From contig CBDCCS010000016.1 of the NCBI GenBank assembly GCA_965214935.1, forward strand, positions 160,001 through 224,000: a stretch of 64,000 nucleotides of DNA, given 5' to 3'. This document shows, in pieces, positions 9,022 to 18,824 of the stretch. Below the pieces are notes generated by a model, which was given only the letters and a program-made list of their open reading frames with translations, was not told the DNA's origin and did no database searches. Made by a program: the position numbers and the translations under genes. The stretch is from Candidatus Velthaea sp. GTDB lineage: Bacteria; Vulcanimicrobiota; Vulcanimicrobiia; Vulcanimicrobiales; Vulcanimicrobiaceae. Each line of letters begins with the position of its first letter. Position 1 is the first letter of the stretch.

Positions 9022-10349
9022 TGCGGCGTCTTTACAGGCGCTACCGGAGGCGGCACCGCCGAGAAATCACGCCCGACGATCACGGTCACATCGGTTGAAT
9101 CGGCGGCAGCACTTCGCGTCGGGTGCGGGCTGGGTTCGGGTGTGATCGCCGCCGTTTTCAAGGCAAGTTTATTACGCACGAGCTCGCCGACGCCCGTCGT
9201 TCGCGAATGCTCCCGAATGACCGTCGTCTCGTACGTGAACGCGTCGGCATTGGCAATGCTGTCGACGACGAAGCCGTTGCGGCGTAAGGCATCCGCCATT
9301 TTTGAGCCGAGCCCGCTTTGCCCGCTGCCGTTTTGCACGGCGATGTGGACGTCGGCGGGCGGGACCGAAGCCGGTGGACCGGCAGGCGGCGCCGGCGTTT
9401 CACGCGCGTAGGCGCCGGTCAACACCGCGACCGCCTGAGCTTTTTGCTTTTCGTCGGGCACGAGCACTTCGCCCGAAACGCCTTGCCGCGTATCGCTGTA
9501 CGCAATTTGATCGGTCTTCAAATCCGCCAAATTGATGTCGCGATAATGCCAGGCTAAACTGCGTTTTTCATCGTCGGATAAGTTGGTCGTAACGTTGCGA
9601 TTGATGACCCCGATCAGGGCCGAAATGTGGGATAGATCGTTGAACTTATCGGCTTTGAGTTTCGCAACCGTTATTTGCAGCACTTGCTGCTGGCGCTTGA
9701 TACGGCATGGATCGCTGCAAGCATCGTGGCGGAAACGGCTATAGGAAACGGCCTGCTCGCCGTTCATATGCGTCAAACCCGGCTTGAAGTGAATGTGCAA
9801 ATGGCCCCAGCTGTCGTCATAGTCCATCTGCTCGCTCACCGGAACGTCGATGCCGCCGATCGCGTCGACGAGTTCTTTGGTGGCGTTGATCTTCAACACG
9901 ATATAGCGATCGAAAAAGCGGTTATGTTCGGTCTTGGGCAGACCGAGCCACGAGCCGACGACCTCGTCGGAATACGGCTCGCCGCCCGACGCGAACGCAC
10001 CGTTGATCTTGTCTTCTTGGCCGTGCACGATCGCTGCCATGTCGCGCGGAATCGAAACGATCTTCACCGACTTTGTCGGGAAATCGAGTCCCGCGGCCAT
10101 GATCGTGTCGCTGCGCGCTTGCGTCGAGTACTCTTGATCTTTGCTATCGTAGTTGTAATCGATACCCAGCAGCAGAACGTACAGGCGATCCCGACCGAAC
10201 ACCGCCTGCGGCGAGGGGACGAAAAACGTAACGGCCGTCGTTACCGGATTGCTGCTGCCGGTCTGCACCATGCGCGTCGCGACGATTCCGCAAATGGCCG
10301 AAACCACGAGCATGACCGCCAAAAAAACGTAGGGTATCGAGCGGCGCAT
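9018..10349 (-). CDS. LCP (LytR-CpsA-Psr) family protein with LytR C-terminal domain
   Basis: N-terminal TM, LLLGID, RSDTIM, SIPRD, KINGAF, RIKRQQQV; C-terminal VQNGSG...VIVGRDF. Confidence 0.93.
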   Translation of the reverse strand: MRRSIPYVFLAVMLVVSAICGIVATRMVQTGSSNPVTTAVTFFVPSPQAVFGRDRLYVLLLGIDYNYDSKDQEYSTQARSDTIMAAGLDFPTKSVKIVSIPRDMAAIVHGQEDKINGAFASGGEPYSDEVVGSWLGLPKTEHNRFFDRYIVLKINATKELVDAIGGIDVPVSEQMDYDDSWGHLHIHFKPGLTHMNGEQAVSYSRFRHDACSDPCRIKRQQQVLQITVAKLKADKFNDLSHISALIGVINRNVTTNLSDDEKRSLAWHYRDINLADLKTDQIAYSDTRQGVSGEVLVPDEKQKAQAVAVLTGAYARETPAPPAGPPASVPPADVHIAVQNGSGQSGLGSKMADALRRNGFVVDSIANADAFTYETTVIREHSRTTGVGELVRNKLALKTAAITPEPSPHPTRSAAADSTDVTVIVGRDFSAVPPPVAPVKTPQ

Positions 10350-10354
10350 GGATG

Positions 10355-11743
10355 TCAAGCCGTGACCGCCGAGCGCACCACCGACGCATGGAAGTCGAAC
10401 GCCCCGCAGCCGTCGAGCCGAACGTCGACGAACGAACCGATCGGGACGTCGGCGCAAAAGTAAATACCGCCATCGACGCCCGGCGCTTCGCCTTGCGAAC
10501 GGCCGACGAGGACATCGGTTGCCGCGAGCGCGACAGCCAACGGATCGGTCCGCCGCAACTTGCGGCGGTCTTCAACGAGTACCCGGACCACGTTGCCGAC
10601 GCGCCGCTTGCGCGCGCGCTCCGAAGCGATCCGCTGCGCTTCGCGTAAGCGCACGAGCCGGCGACGCTTCTCGCGTTCGGGAACTTGACCGGGTAGCGTC
10701 GCGCCGGGGGTACCGTCCTCGCGCGAGTAGGAGAAAAAGCCGACCCGGTCGAGTTCCGCCCGCCCGATCCACTCCTCGAGATACGCGACGTGCTCGTCGG
10801 TCTCACCCGGGAAGCCGACGATGAACGTCGAGCGCATGGTAACGCCGGGGACGCGACGCCGGAATTCCGCGATGATCTCAAGATAGCGCTCGCCGGTGGA
10901 CGGCCGCAGCATCGCGCGCAGCATCTCGGGATGCGCGTGCTGCAAAGGCATGTCCATATATTTACAGACTTTCGGCAGCTCCGCCATCGCCTCGATCAGC
11001 TCCGTATCGACCGTTGCCGGATACAAATACAGCAAGCGAATCCACTCGAGACGATCGACTGCATGCAACTCGCGTAAGAGCCGAGCAAGTCCGCCGCGCC
11101 GGGTGCCGCGATCGCGACCGTACATTGAGGTGTCTTGGGCGATCAGAATGAGTTCTCTGGTGCCGCCGGCCGCCAACGCGCGCGCTTCTTTGAGAATCGA
11201 CTCCGCGCTGCGCGACCGGAACGCACCCCGCAGTTGCGGGATGATGCAGAACGTGCACGGGTGATCGCAGCCTTCGGCTACCTTAAGATATGCAGTCGCC
11301 GAGGGTGTGGTAATAAGCCGTGGAAGAAAATCGTGCTCGGGTTCGGCATCGAACTGCAACTGAACGGGATGATGTCCGGCCCGCGCATCGACCAGTAAGT
11401 CGACGATGCCGGCATAGGCACCCGTACCGATGACGCCGTCAATCTCGGGGATGAGCGATTGCAACTGGTCGCCGAAGCGCTGTGAAAGACAGCCTGCGAC
11501 GATCAATTGCTGGCCCGCGCGTTTCTGCGCGGCGTGCTCGAGAATGACATCCGTCGACTCAGCTTTGGCCGGATCGATGAACGCACACGTATTGATCACG
11601 ACCGCATCGGCGTCGGCGGCATCGGCCACAAGCTCCCATCCGGCCGCACCAAGCTGCCCGATCATCACCTCGGAATCGACGAGGTTCTTTGCGCAACCCA
11701 GGGAGACAAACGAGACGCGCTGCCGTTGTGCGACGGCGTTCAT
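10355..11743 (-). CDS. rimO: Ribosomal protein S12 methylthiotransferase
   Basis: SLGCAKNLVDSE, NTCAFI, radical SAM CDHPCTFC, TRAM-like APGVDG. Confidence 0.96.
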   Translation of the reverse strand: MNAVAQRQRVSFVSLGCAKNLVDSEVMIGQLGAAGWELVADAADADAVVINTCAFIDPAKAESTDVILEHAAQKRAGQQLIVAGCLSQRFGDQLQSLIPEIDGVIGTGAYAGIVDLLVDARAGHHPVQLQFDAEPEHDFLPRLITTPSATAYLKVAEGCDHPCTFCIIPQLRGAFRSRSAESILKEARALAAGGTRELILIAQDTSMYGRDRGTRRGGLARLLRELHAVDRLEWIRLLYLYPATVDTELIEAMAELPKVCKYMDMPLQHAHPEMLRAMLRPSTGERYLEIIAEFRRRVPGVTMRSTFIVGFPGETDEHVAYLEEWIGRAELDRVGFFSYSREDGTPGATLPGQVPEREKRRRLVRLREAQRIASERARKRRVGNVVRVLVEDRRKLRRTDPLAVALAATDVLVGRSQGEAPGVDGGIYFCADVPIGSFVDVRLDGCGAFDFHASVVRSAVTA

Positions 11744-12234
11744 CAACGATAGTTCGTAAACTGCAACGGCAGTTCGTAGTTCAAAGCAGTCAGCAGTTGT
11801 TGCACTTTTTGCAGATCGTCGCGCGATTTTGCCGAAACGCGGATCTGCTCGTCTTGATACTGCGCGTTGACTTTGAGTTTGGAGGTTTTGATCGCCTCGA
11901 TCAACGGCTTACTTTTATCTTTGGGAATGCCCGAACGCAACACGATTTTTTGACGAATCGCATTATGCGTTGCCGCTTCGGTCTTTTGATAGTCGAACGC
12001 TTTGATATCGATGCCGCGCTTAATTGCCTTGGTCTGGATGATGTCAACGACATTCTTGAGCTTGAGCTCATCATCGGCCAGAACCGTAATCTCTTTATCG
12101 GTGTTCTCGATCGACGCAACTGAATTTTTAAAATCAAAGCGGCCCAAGATCTCTTTGCGCGCGGCATTGAGCGCGTTCTCGAGTTCTTGCGGATCGATCT
12201 TCGATACGACGTCAAATGAACTTTCGCTAGCCAC
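11743..12234 (-). CDS. yajQ: YajQ family nucleotide/c-di-GMP-binding protein
   Basis: SFDVVS, RFDFKNS, RDDLQ, LPLQFTNYR. Confidence 0.96.
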   Translation of the reverse strand: MASESSFDVVSKIDPQELENALNAARKEILGRFDFKNSVASIENTDKEITVLADDELKLKNVVDIIQTKAIKRGIDIKAFDYQKTEAATHNAIRQKIVLRSGIPKDKSKPLIEAIKTSKLKVNAQYQDEQIRVSAKSRDDLQKVQQLLTALNYELPLQFTNYR

Positions 12235-12290
12235 GTATCCCCTACTACCGTTTCGGCATCATCGGCCGGATAGCGATCGCATCGATCGCC

Positions 12291-13058
12291 TTAGAGTTGA
12301 AAGGAGCGTTCGGCGACATCGCCGAGGCCGCCCATCGGGCCCAAGTCCTTGCCCGCGAGCGTCACATCGACGCCGCCGGCGTTACCGGTCCGGATCGTCG
12401 CCGAGCGTCCGGAGAACGAACGCTCGGTTCCGGCCGGATACACGCCTTCCATGGTCACTTTGCCGTCGATCACCACCCGGAGCCACGATCCGTCTTTGAG
12501 CCGCAACCCTAAGCCGCCGCTCGGTTTCGCGAAACGGTCGGCGCGATGACCGACGCGCGCAACGGCCATCGCCTGTGACTTCGCGGGTGGCACGCTGGGT
12601 TGCACGGCGGCAACTGGTTCGTGCCGAGTGCTTACGTTGCCGCGCGCGTATTCGACGTATTGATAACCGACAAAAGCCACCAACGCGAACGCAACGATGA
12701 CGCCGACGATCGCCCCCGGCGACGGTCCGGTCTTGGCGACCGTCGGGCGTCCGCGCCCGAGACCCGAGCGCGACGGCTCGACGCGCGTCGCGGGAGCCTG
12801 AAGGGCGGCGGCCGCCGCCGTATGCCGGATCGATGATTCATTAAATGCAGCGACCGCCGCATCCGGATCCAACTGCAAAAAGCGGGCGTAATTGCGGAGA
12901 AAGCCGCGGACGTAGACAGCGGGGCCGATCGCAACCCAATCTTCGGCCTCGATCGCCGCAAGGTAGAGAGACCGGATGTGAATCCGGTCGGCTACGTCGG
13001 AAAGTGAAAAGCCTTGCGATTCGCGCGCGGTCCGGAACGACTCTCCGAGCGCAGACAT
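12291..13058 (-). CDS. rodZ: RodZ-like protein (HTH_25 + TM + DUF4115)
   Basis: LGESFRTARE, YLAAIE, YVRGFLRNYARFLQLD, TM, SWLRVVIDG, GNAGGV; near rimO as is common. Confidence 0.85.
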   Translation of the reverse strand: MSALGESFRTARESQGFSLSDVADRIHIRSLYLAAIEAEDWVAIGPAVYVRGFLRNYARFLQLDPDAAVAAFNESSIRHTAAAAALQAPATRVEPSRSGLGRGRPTVAKTGPSPGAIVGVIVAFALVAFVGYQYVEYARGNVSTRHEPVAAVQPSVPPAKSQAMAVARVGHRADRFAKPSGGLGLRLKDGSWLRVVIDGKVTMEGVYPAGTERSFSGRSATIRTGNAGGVDVTLAGKDLGPMGGLGDVAERSFQL

Positions 13059-13120
13059 AGTGCCGGACCTTAGCGGCGATTGCATCCGCTTCCCCCATTG
13101 AGCGAGTCTACGTTTTTGAT

Positions 13121-14209
13121 ATGGCTGCGAAGAAAACGCGCGTCGTGGCGGCGATGAGCGGCGGCGTCGATTCAGCCGTCGCCGCGGCGCTGTTGCTCGA
13201 GGCCGGCTACGATGTCGTCGGCGTGACGATGAAGATGTATGCGCCCACAAAGCCGGCCCATGCCAAATCGTGCTGCGGTGCCGATGACTTTGACGATGCG
13301 CGACGCAGTGCGTCGATTTTGGGCATTCCGCATTACGTGCTCGATTTTGAGGAGACGTTTCGCGTTAACGTCATCGAACGTTTCGCGCGCGACTACACGC
13401 TGGGGCGCACGCCCAACCCCTGCGTTGCGTGTAACAATTTCGTCAAGCTCGGGACGTTGGGGACCTACGCGCGGCGCATCGGTGCGGCCTACGTTGCGAC
13501 GGGCCACTACGCGCGCATCGCGCACGAGCCGGACGGCCCGCATTTGTATCGCGGAACGGCGGCCAAAGACCAAGCGTACGCGTTGGCGCAGCTCAGCCCG
13601 CAACAACTATCGACGCTGTTGCTCCCGCTCGGCGGTCAAACCAAGGCCCAGACCCGAACGCAAGCCGCGCATTTCGGCTTACCGATTGCCGATAAAGTTG
13701 AGTCGCAAGACATCTGCTTTGTTGAAGGCGGCGACTACCGTGACGTGCTCGAACGCATTGCCCCGCAAACGGCGCAGACCGGCGAGATCCACGGTGCTCG
13801 GGGTGAACGGATCGGGATGCACGCCGGTATCGGACAATTTACGGTGGGACAACGCCGGGGCTTGCCGGCAAGCACGGCCGGACCGCGCTACGTGACTCGG
13901 ATCGATGCGGCAACCAACACGATCGTCATCGGCGGTGCCGAAGACCTCGAAGTAAGCTCGCTGGTCGGCGATGAGGTAAATCTCATTCGTCCCGAACGGT
14001 TGGCACGCGACGGAGTTGCGGTTCGGGCAATGACTCGGTATCGCTCGCGGCTCAGTGACGCGCGTGCGACGGTTCGCTCGGACGGCACGCTCGAGCTCGC
14101 GTTCGAGGCGCCGCAGCGAGCGGTGACGCCCGGCCAGCTCGTCGCAGTGTTCGATGCGGTAACGGACGAAGTTCTGGGGGCAGCGACGATTCGGGAGACC
14201 AGCAAATGA
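13121..14209 (+). CDS. mnmA: tRNA-specific 2-thiouridylase
   Basis: [46 protein letters not shown]. Confidence 0.97.
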   Translation: MAAKKTRVVAAMSGGVDSAVAAALLLEAGYDVVGVTMKMYAPTKPAHAKSCCGADDFDDARRSASILGIPHYVLDFEETFRVNVIERFARDYTLGRTPNPCVACNNFVKLGTLGTYARRIGAAYVATGHYARIAHEPDGPHLYRGTAAKDQAYALAQLSPQQLSTLLLPLGGQTKAQTRTQAAHFGLPIADKVESQDICFVEGGDYRDVLERIAPQTAQTGEIHGARGERIGMHAGIGQFTVGQRRGLPASTAGPRYVTRIDAATNTIVIGGAEDLEVSSLVGDEVNLIRPERLARDGVAVRAMTRYRSRLSDARATVRSDGTLELAFEAPQRAVTPGQLVAVFDAVTDEVLGAATIRETSK

Positions 14210-14436
14210 GCGATGGACATGCAAGCTCCGCGCCGGGTGAAGAACCGACGAGCGAGCAAGTTGTTGCGATTCTTTTCCAAGCCGCGATGAGCGGCGACGA
14301 AGCGGCTTGGGCGCGAGCAAACGATGCGGATCCCAAATTGCTGCAGATGTGGAAGTTCACGCATGCCCAAGAATACATCACGTATCTGGAAAAAGTGCTG
14401 CGCATGATCCGTAAGCGCGCCGGAACGACAAGCTAA
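14206..14436 (+). CDS. Hypothetical protein (76 aa) coupled to mnmA
   Basis: ATGA overlap with the mnmA stop; helical protein-like composition. Confidence 0.65.
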   Translation: MSDGHASSAPGEEPTSEQVVAILFQAAMSGDEAAWARANDADPKLLQMWKFTHAQEYITYLEKVLRMIRKRAGTTS

Positions 14437-14606
14437 CGATCCTTGCCGGCAAGTCGCCGGCGTAGCGCGGCGCGTAGCTCGACGCCGAATAAGACCATCG
14501 CTGCCGCAACGGCAAATGTCGCCGCCGGGGAGAATCGGCCGTGCAGCTGTTGCAGCAGTATGTAGGTGACGAAGCACGAGGCGGGTATGTAGGTTAGAAA
14601 ATACAT
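14433..14606 (-). CDS. Small two-TM hypothetical protein (57 aa)
   Basis: MYFLTYIPASCFVTYILL...ATFAVAAAMVLFGV followed by a basic tail. Confidence 0.55.
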   Translation of the reverse strand: MYFLTYIPASCFVTYILLQQLHGRFSPAATFAVAAAMVLFGVELRAALRRRLAGKDR

Positions 14607-14670
14607 TGCGATTCCGCGAAAATTTCGAGCATCGACGATGCTTCGGTTTACGCTTAAAAAGTGCCGCATG

Positions 14671-15099
14671 CTAGTGGTCGCCGCTCGGCGGAATGCCCAG
14701 CCCGCCGCGAATGCTTTTATCGAGTTCGCCGGCCGACGTCGTGAGAAACTGGGCTGCGGGTTGTGCACTCAGCGCGTCGTGCACGAGGCTCTTTGCATAA
14801 CCGAGCGTCTCGGTTCCGGCGATGCCGACCGCAATCCCGACCGCCGGATTCGTCATCGCCGCGCGCGCTGCAATACCGATCGCGGTCGCGGTGGCAAGTC
14901 CGCCTTCGAGTTCGATGACGCCCGGAACGATTTGCGCGAGAGCGACGGCACCGGCGGTTAGCAGCGGCGCGGTTGGATTCTGCGGCGCCGTAATGCGATC
15001 CGATGTCGTCGGCGGCGCAACCGGCGCAGCGGCGGATACCGGCTTCGATTGGCATGGTGATGCAGTCGACGTTCCTACTGCTGAGACGCACGAACTCAT
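14671..15099 (-). CDS. Hypothetical protein with Gly/Ala-rich hydrophobic core (142 aa)
   Basis: ATG 15099 preceded by GGAG; low-complexity N-terminus, then GGLATATAIGIAA...NPAVGIAVGIAG. Confidence 0.6.
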   Translation of the reverse strand: MSSCVSAVGTSTASPCQSKPVSAAAPVAPPTTSDRITAPQNPTAPLLTAGAVALAQIVPGVIELEGGLATATAIGIAARAAMTNPAVGIAVGIAGTETLGYAKSLVHDALSAQPAAQFLTTSAGELDKSIRGGLGIPPSGDH

Positions 15100-15205
15100 A
15101 GGACGCTCCAATGTAGCGCGGAAGGATGTGCGCTAAACGGTAGCCGTCTGTTGTTATGCCGCAATGTTCGGATTATGACGCGCAGCAATAACGTGGGGTT
15201 GAACG

Positions 15206-15670
15206 ATGTCAGAGACGGGGACCAGCATCGCGCTGGTCGGACCGAGTGCGGGGATGTTCGACGCGTGGTTTTCGCTTTACGAGCGGTATGCTGCGGACGC
15301 CGGCGTCCAACCAAGTCGCCGCGTCGGCGGCATCTTGTGGCGCTGGTTGCTCGATGGAACGTACCGTGTCGCCGGCGTCATTGCGGTCGATAACCGCAAA
15401 GACGTCGTCGGCTTCGCACACTACCGTCCGTTTCCCAATACGCTGGACGGCACCGAAGCATGCCGATTAGACGACATCTACGTTGCTTCCGAGTATCGTG
15501 ATAACGGCCTAACCGAACGCCTCATCGAACACGTTTGTAACACGGCCCGAAAGCGCGGCTGGAGCGAAGTGAATTGGTCGGCTCCGACCGACCTTGGCAT
15601 GCGTGCCGCCTTTGATAATGTGGCAACACGCGTGGAGCTTGCGATGTATCGCGTCGATCTCGGTCGTTAG
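15206..15670 (+). CDS. GNAT family N-acetyltransferase
   Basis: VVGFAHYRPFP, LDDIYVASEYRDNGL, ARKRGWSEVNW. Confidence 0.85.
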   Translation: MSETGTSIALVGPSAGMFDAWFSLYERYAADAGVQPSRRVGGILWRWLLDGTYRVAGVIAVDNRKDVVGFAHYRPFPNTLDGTEACRLDDIYVASEYRDNGLTERLIEHVCNTARKRGWSEVNWSAPTDLGMRAAFDNVATRVELAMYRVDLGR

Positions 15671-15675
15671 GCGCG

Positions 15676-16770
15676 TTACGCCGAGCGTTGTTCGGTCGCT
15701 AGCGCCATTTCCGGACGTAAGTTCCAATATGTGTCGCGAATAACGGGCCGAAAGCCGGCGCTGATTACCAGGCGCTCGAGTTCCGCGCGCGTTGCCTCAT
15801 TGGTCGAGCCCGCGTCGTGAACGACGCGCTCCTCGAGTATCGTCCCGCCCATGTCATCGCAGCCGTAAAAGAGCGCTAATTGCCCGAGTTTGAGCCCGGG
15901 AGTCAGCCAAGACGCCTGCAAGTGTGGAAAGTTATCGAGAAATAATCGCGCGATCGCCAACACACGCATGTATGCCAGCGAGCTTGCCTCGCGCCCGCGC
16001 AACGGCGTCTTGAACGGGACGTAGTACCACGGGATGAACGCCGTAAAACCGTGCGTTTCATCTTGCAGATCGCGTAAGACCGACATGTGCTCGACCCGTT
16101 CGGCGTCGGTTTCAATCGACCCGAACATCATGGTCGCCGTCGTCGGCATCCCAAGCTGCTGCGCATCGCGCATCACGCCAAGCCACTCATCCGGTTTAAC
16201 TTTACGGGCGCTGATGCGCTTACGCACGCGCTCGACGAGGATCTCGGCGCCTGCGCCCGGCAGCGATTTGAGGCCGGCCGCCTGCAACCGCGCCAACACA
16301 TCGCGCGGCGTCATTGCCTCAATTTGCGCTAAGCCTGTAATTTCCGACACCGAAAGCGAGTGAATATCAACGTGCGGATACTCGAAACCGATCCGCCGGA
16401 ATAAACGCTCGAACCATTCGATACGCAACTCGGGATTGACGCCGCCTTGAATCATGATCTGCGTCGCGCCTTTTGAGGCGGCAAAGTCGACGCGCTCGAG
16501 CACCTTGTCATGCGACATCGTGTAACCTTCGCCGTGCTTCTCCGGCCGAAAGAACGCGCAAAAGGTGCAGTGAACGTTACACACGTTCGTGTAATTGATC
16601 GTCGTATCGATCACGTAGGTGACGTCGGTAGTCGGATATAGCTGCATGCGCCGTCCATGCGCCGCAGCGCCGAGCTCGTGCAGCGGGGCCTCGCGATACA
16701 GCCGTATACCTTCATCAAGCGTCAGACGCCCGCCGGTGGCCGCCCGATCGAGCGCATCAGCGAGCGGCAT
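15676..16770 (-). CDS. mqnC: Cyclic dehypoxanthine futalosine synthase (radical SAM)
   Basis: INYTNVCNVHCTFCAF, QGGVNP, SLPGAGAEIL, TATMMFG, LQDETHGFTAFIPW; clustered with mqnA/mqnE. Confidence 0.9.
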   Translation of the reverse strand: MPLADALDRAATGGRLTLDEGIRLYREAPLHELGAAAHGRRMQLYPTTDVTYVIDTTINYTNVCNVHCTFCAFFRPEKHGEGYTMSHDKVLERVDFAASKGATQIMIQGGVNPELRIEWFERLFRRIGFEYPHVDIHSLSVSEITGLAQIEAMTPRDVLARLQAAGLKSLPGAGAEILVERVRKRISARKVKPDEWLGVMRDAQQLGMPTTATMMFGSIETDAERVEHMSVLRDLQDETHGFTAFIPWYYVPFKTPLRGREASSLAYMRVLAIARLFLDNFPHLQASWLTPGLKLGQLALFYGCDDMGGTILEERVVHDAGSTNEATRAELERLVISAGFRPVIRDTYWNLRPEMALATEQRSA

Positions 16771-17566
16771 GTAACGTCTCCAATTGCGCGAGCTCGACCT
16801 CGAACCGTGCGAGTCCGGCGCGCGCCTCGGTATCGAGCCGGTAGTGCAACGTCTTGTAATACATCTCGTAGAAGGCTCGCGGCTGCGGTCGCTGCGCGAC
16901 TGCAGCATCGATCACTTCGGGCCGATGCGAATTGCCCCAAGCGCGAGCATCACGGTAAGCGGAAACAATTCTTTCGACATCGTCCGGCCGTGTTCGCGCA
17001 ACATCCCGACGCACCGCCCAAACTGCGAATACCATTGGCAGCTTCGTCCATGCGTACCAGGCCGTACCAAGGTCGTACACCCACGCCAAGGGCACGTGCT
17101 CGCGAATAGCCACGGCCGCATCGCCGATCAAAAGCGTCGGCCGCCCGAGCATCGCTTCCTGCGCCGGCGCCGTACTCACCGCAAACGTTGCATCGACGCC
17201 GTATTTGCCGCGCAGCACGCATTCGAGCAGCGCTCTGCCGCTGGCCGAATCGGCCGTAACGGCAATCGAAGCGCGACCAAGTTGTGCCGGCGGCTGTGCT
17301 GAGACGAGCAACACGGAAAGGACCTCACCGCGCGAAACGATGGCAACATCGCCGCACAGCATAAGCTCGTCTTGGTTGCGTAGAAAGTGCGCGGCGCTGA
17401 CCGGACTGATATCGAGTCGGCCGCTGGAAAGCTGTGCATTGAGCACGTTGGGCGCCGCACTCGTTACGACCCCGTCGCGAACCACGGCACCACGATCGAA
17501 TGCCGTTTCGATCGGTGCCACGTTGGTGTACGCGATGCGTCCGAGACGTAACGGCAGCTTAGACAC
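16757..17566 (-). CDS. mqnA: Chorismate dehydratase (futalosine pathway)
   Basis: LGRIAYTNVAP, VLSVLL, LLIGDAA, DLGTAWYAWTKLPMVFAVW. Confidence 0.93.
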   Translation of the reverse strand: MSKLPLRLGRIAYTNVAPIETAFDRGAVVRDGVVTSAAPNVLNAQLSSGRLDISPVSAAHFLRNQDELMLCGDVAIVSRGEVLSVLLVSAQPPAQLGRASIAVTADSASGRALLECVLRGKYGVDATFAVSTAPAQEAMLGRPTLLIGDAAVAIREHVPLAWVYDLGTAWYAWTKLPMVFAVWAVRRDVARTRPDDVERIVSAYRDARAWGNSHRPEVIDAAVAQRPQPRAFYEMYYKTLHYRLDTEARAGLARFEVELAQLETLHAAR

Positions 17567-18704
17567 CGGCGCCGACGAGCTCCGGAGTCGCAGATTCACC
17601 GGGCGGTGCCCAATCGTGAGCGAACGTCTCGTACGTCGAGTTACGCCGCACCGGCACGTAGTTCGCTTCTTCGATCAGACGGCGAAATTCCCGATCGTCC
17701 ACATACTGACCGGATTGCGTACCGGAGCTGTGATAAATACGTTCCTCGTCGGTCGAACCATGCGTTCCATCCATGTCGTCGGCGCCGTACTCGAGCGCAA
17801 GCTGACAGATCTTGAGACCCTGAATCATCCAGTACGCTTTAATGTGATCGAAATTATTGAGCATGAGCCGCGAGACGGCGAACATGCGGATATCGTCAAG
17901 ACCGGTTGTCCAGCCGTGATGGCTCAGCGCATTACCGTCAGGATGAAATGCAAGCGGGATGAAAGCATTGAAGCCGGGCGAGCGTTGTTGCGATTCACGC
18001 AACATGATCAGATGTTCGACGCGTTCTTCAAGCGTCTCGATCGTGCCGTACAGCATCGTTGCATTTGAGGCAACGCCGTGACGATGCGCTACTTCATGCA
18101 CCTCGAGCCAGTGCGCTGCGTCGACTTTGTTCGGGCAAACCAACGCGCGAAAGCGCGCTGAAAAGATTTCCGCACCGCCGCCGTTGATATTATCAAGCCC
18201 CGCTTCGCGCAACTCGGCAAGTATCTGATCGTAGCTCAGGCGATGACGCCGGGCAAGATAATCGATCTCCGCCGAAGTGAAAAACGAAAGTTGCGCGTGC
18301 GGGACAAGCTGCTTGAAGCGCCGCATGACGGGCAGCCAATAGTCAAGCGAAAGCTGTCGCGGATCGTGGCCGCCCACGATGTGTATCTGGTTAAAGTTCC
18401 GCCCGGTCTCGAGTGCTTTCGCGATCACCTCATCGGCCGACATCCGAATCGCGCCGTCTTCTTTCTCGCCCTTGGCAAACGAGCAGAACCGGCAATTCGC
18501 GTAGCAGACATTGGTCGAGTTAATATATCGATTGAGAACGTAGTAGACGTTCTTGCCGCTTTTTCGTTCTTTGACGGTCTTCGCCAGGCGCCCGAGATTG
18601 TGCAGATCGGGCGTCCGGAACAGCGTCAGACCGTCATCGGCGGAGAGCGGAATGCCTTCATCAAGCTTGTGTTCGATTGCGCGCAGCGCCGGATCGGTGA
18701 CCAT
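17559..18704 (-). CDS. mqnE: Aminodeoxyfutalosine synthase (radical SAM, CofH/MqnE family)
   Basis: NSTNVCYANCRFCSF, GGGAEIF, SNATMLYGTIE, AFIPLAFHP, HIKAYW. Confidence 0.88.
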   Translation of the reverse strand: MVTDPALRAIEHKLDEGIPLSADDGLTLFRTPDLHNLGRLAKTVKERKSGKNVYYVLNRYINSTNVCYANCRFCSFAKGEKEDGAIRMSADEVIAKALETGRNFNQIHIVGGHDPRQLSLDYWLPVMRRFKQLVPHAQLSFFTSAEIDYLARRHRLSYDQILAELREAGLDNINGGGAEIFSARFRALVCPNKVDAAHWLEVHEVAHRHGVASNATMLYGTIETLEERVEHLIMLRESQQRSPGFNAFIPLAFHPDGNALSHHGWTTGLDDIRMFAVSRLMLNNFDHIKAYWMIQGLKICQLALEYGADDMDGTHGSTDEERIYHSSGTQSGQYVDDREFRRLIEEANYVPVRRNSTYETFAHDWAPPGESATPELVGAGV

Positions 18705-18764
18705 ACAAAGATAGACTATCCCACGAATGGCGAGGTTTCGTGCACTTTTCCGTTAGCGGCCGGT

Positions 18765-18798
18765 AGCAGCGGGCGTTCGGGCGCGAACGCTCGCTGCT
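18765..18798. terminator. 15-bp hairpin after the lipoprotein gene
   Basis: AGCAGCGGGCGTTCG-GGCG-CGAACGCTCGCTGCT with one imperfect pair; no clear U-tract on the minus strand. Confidence 0.55.
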
Positions 18799-18824
18799 TG
18801 TTCCTGGCTCAATCGGAGACCCGC

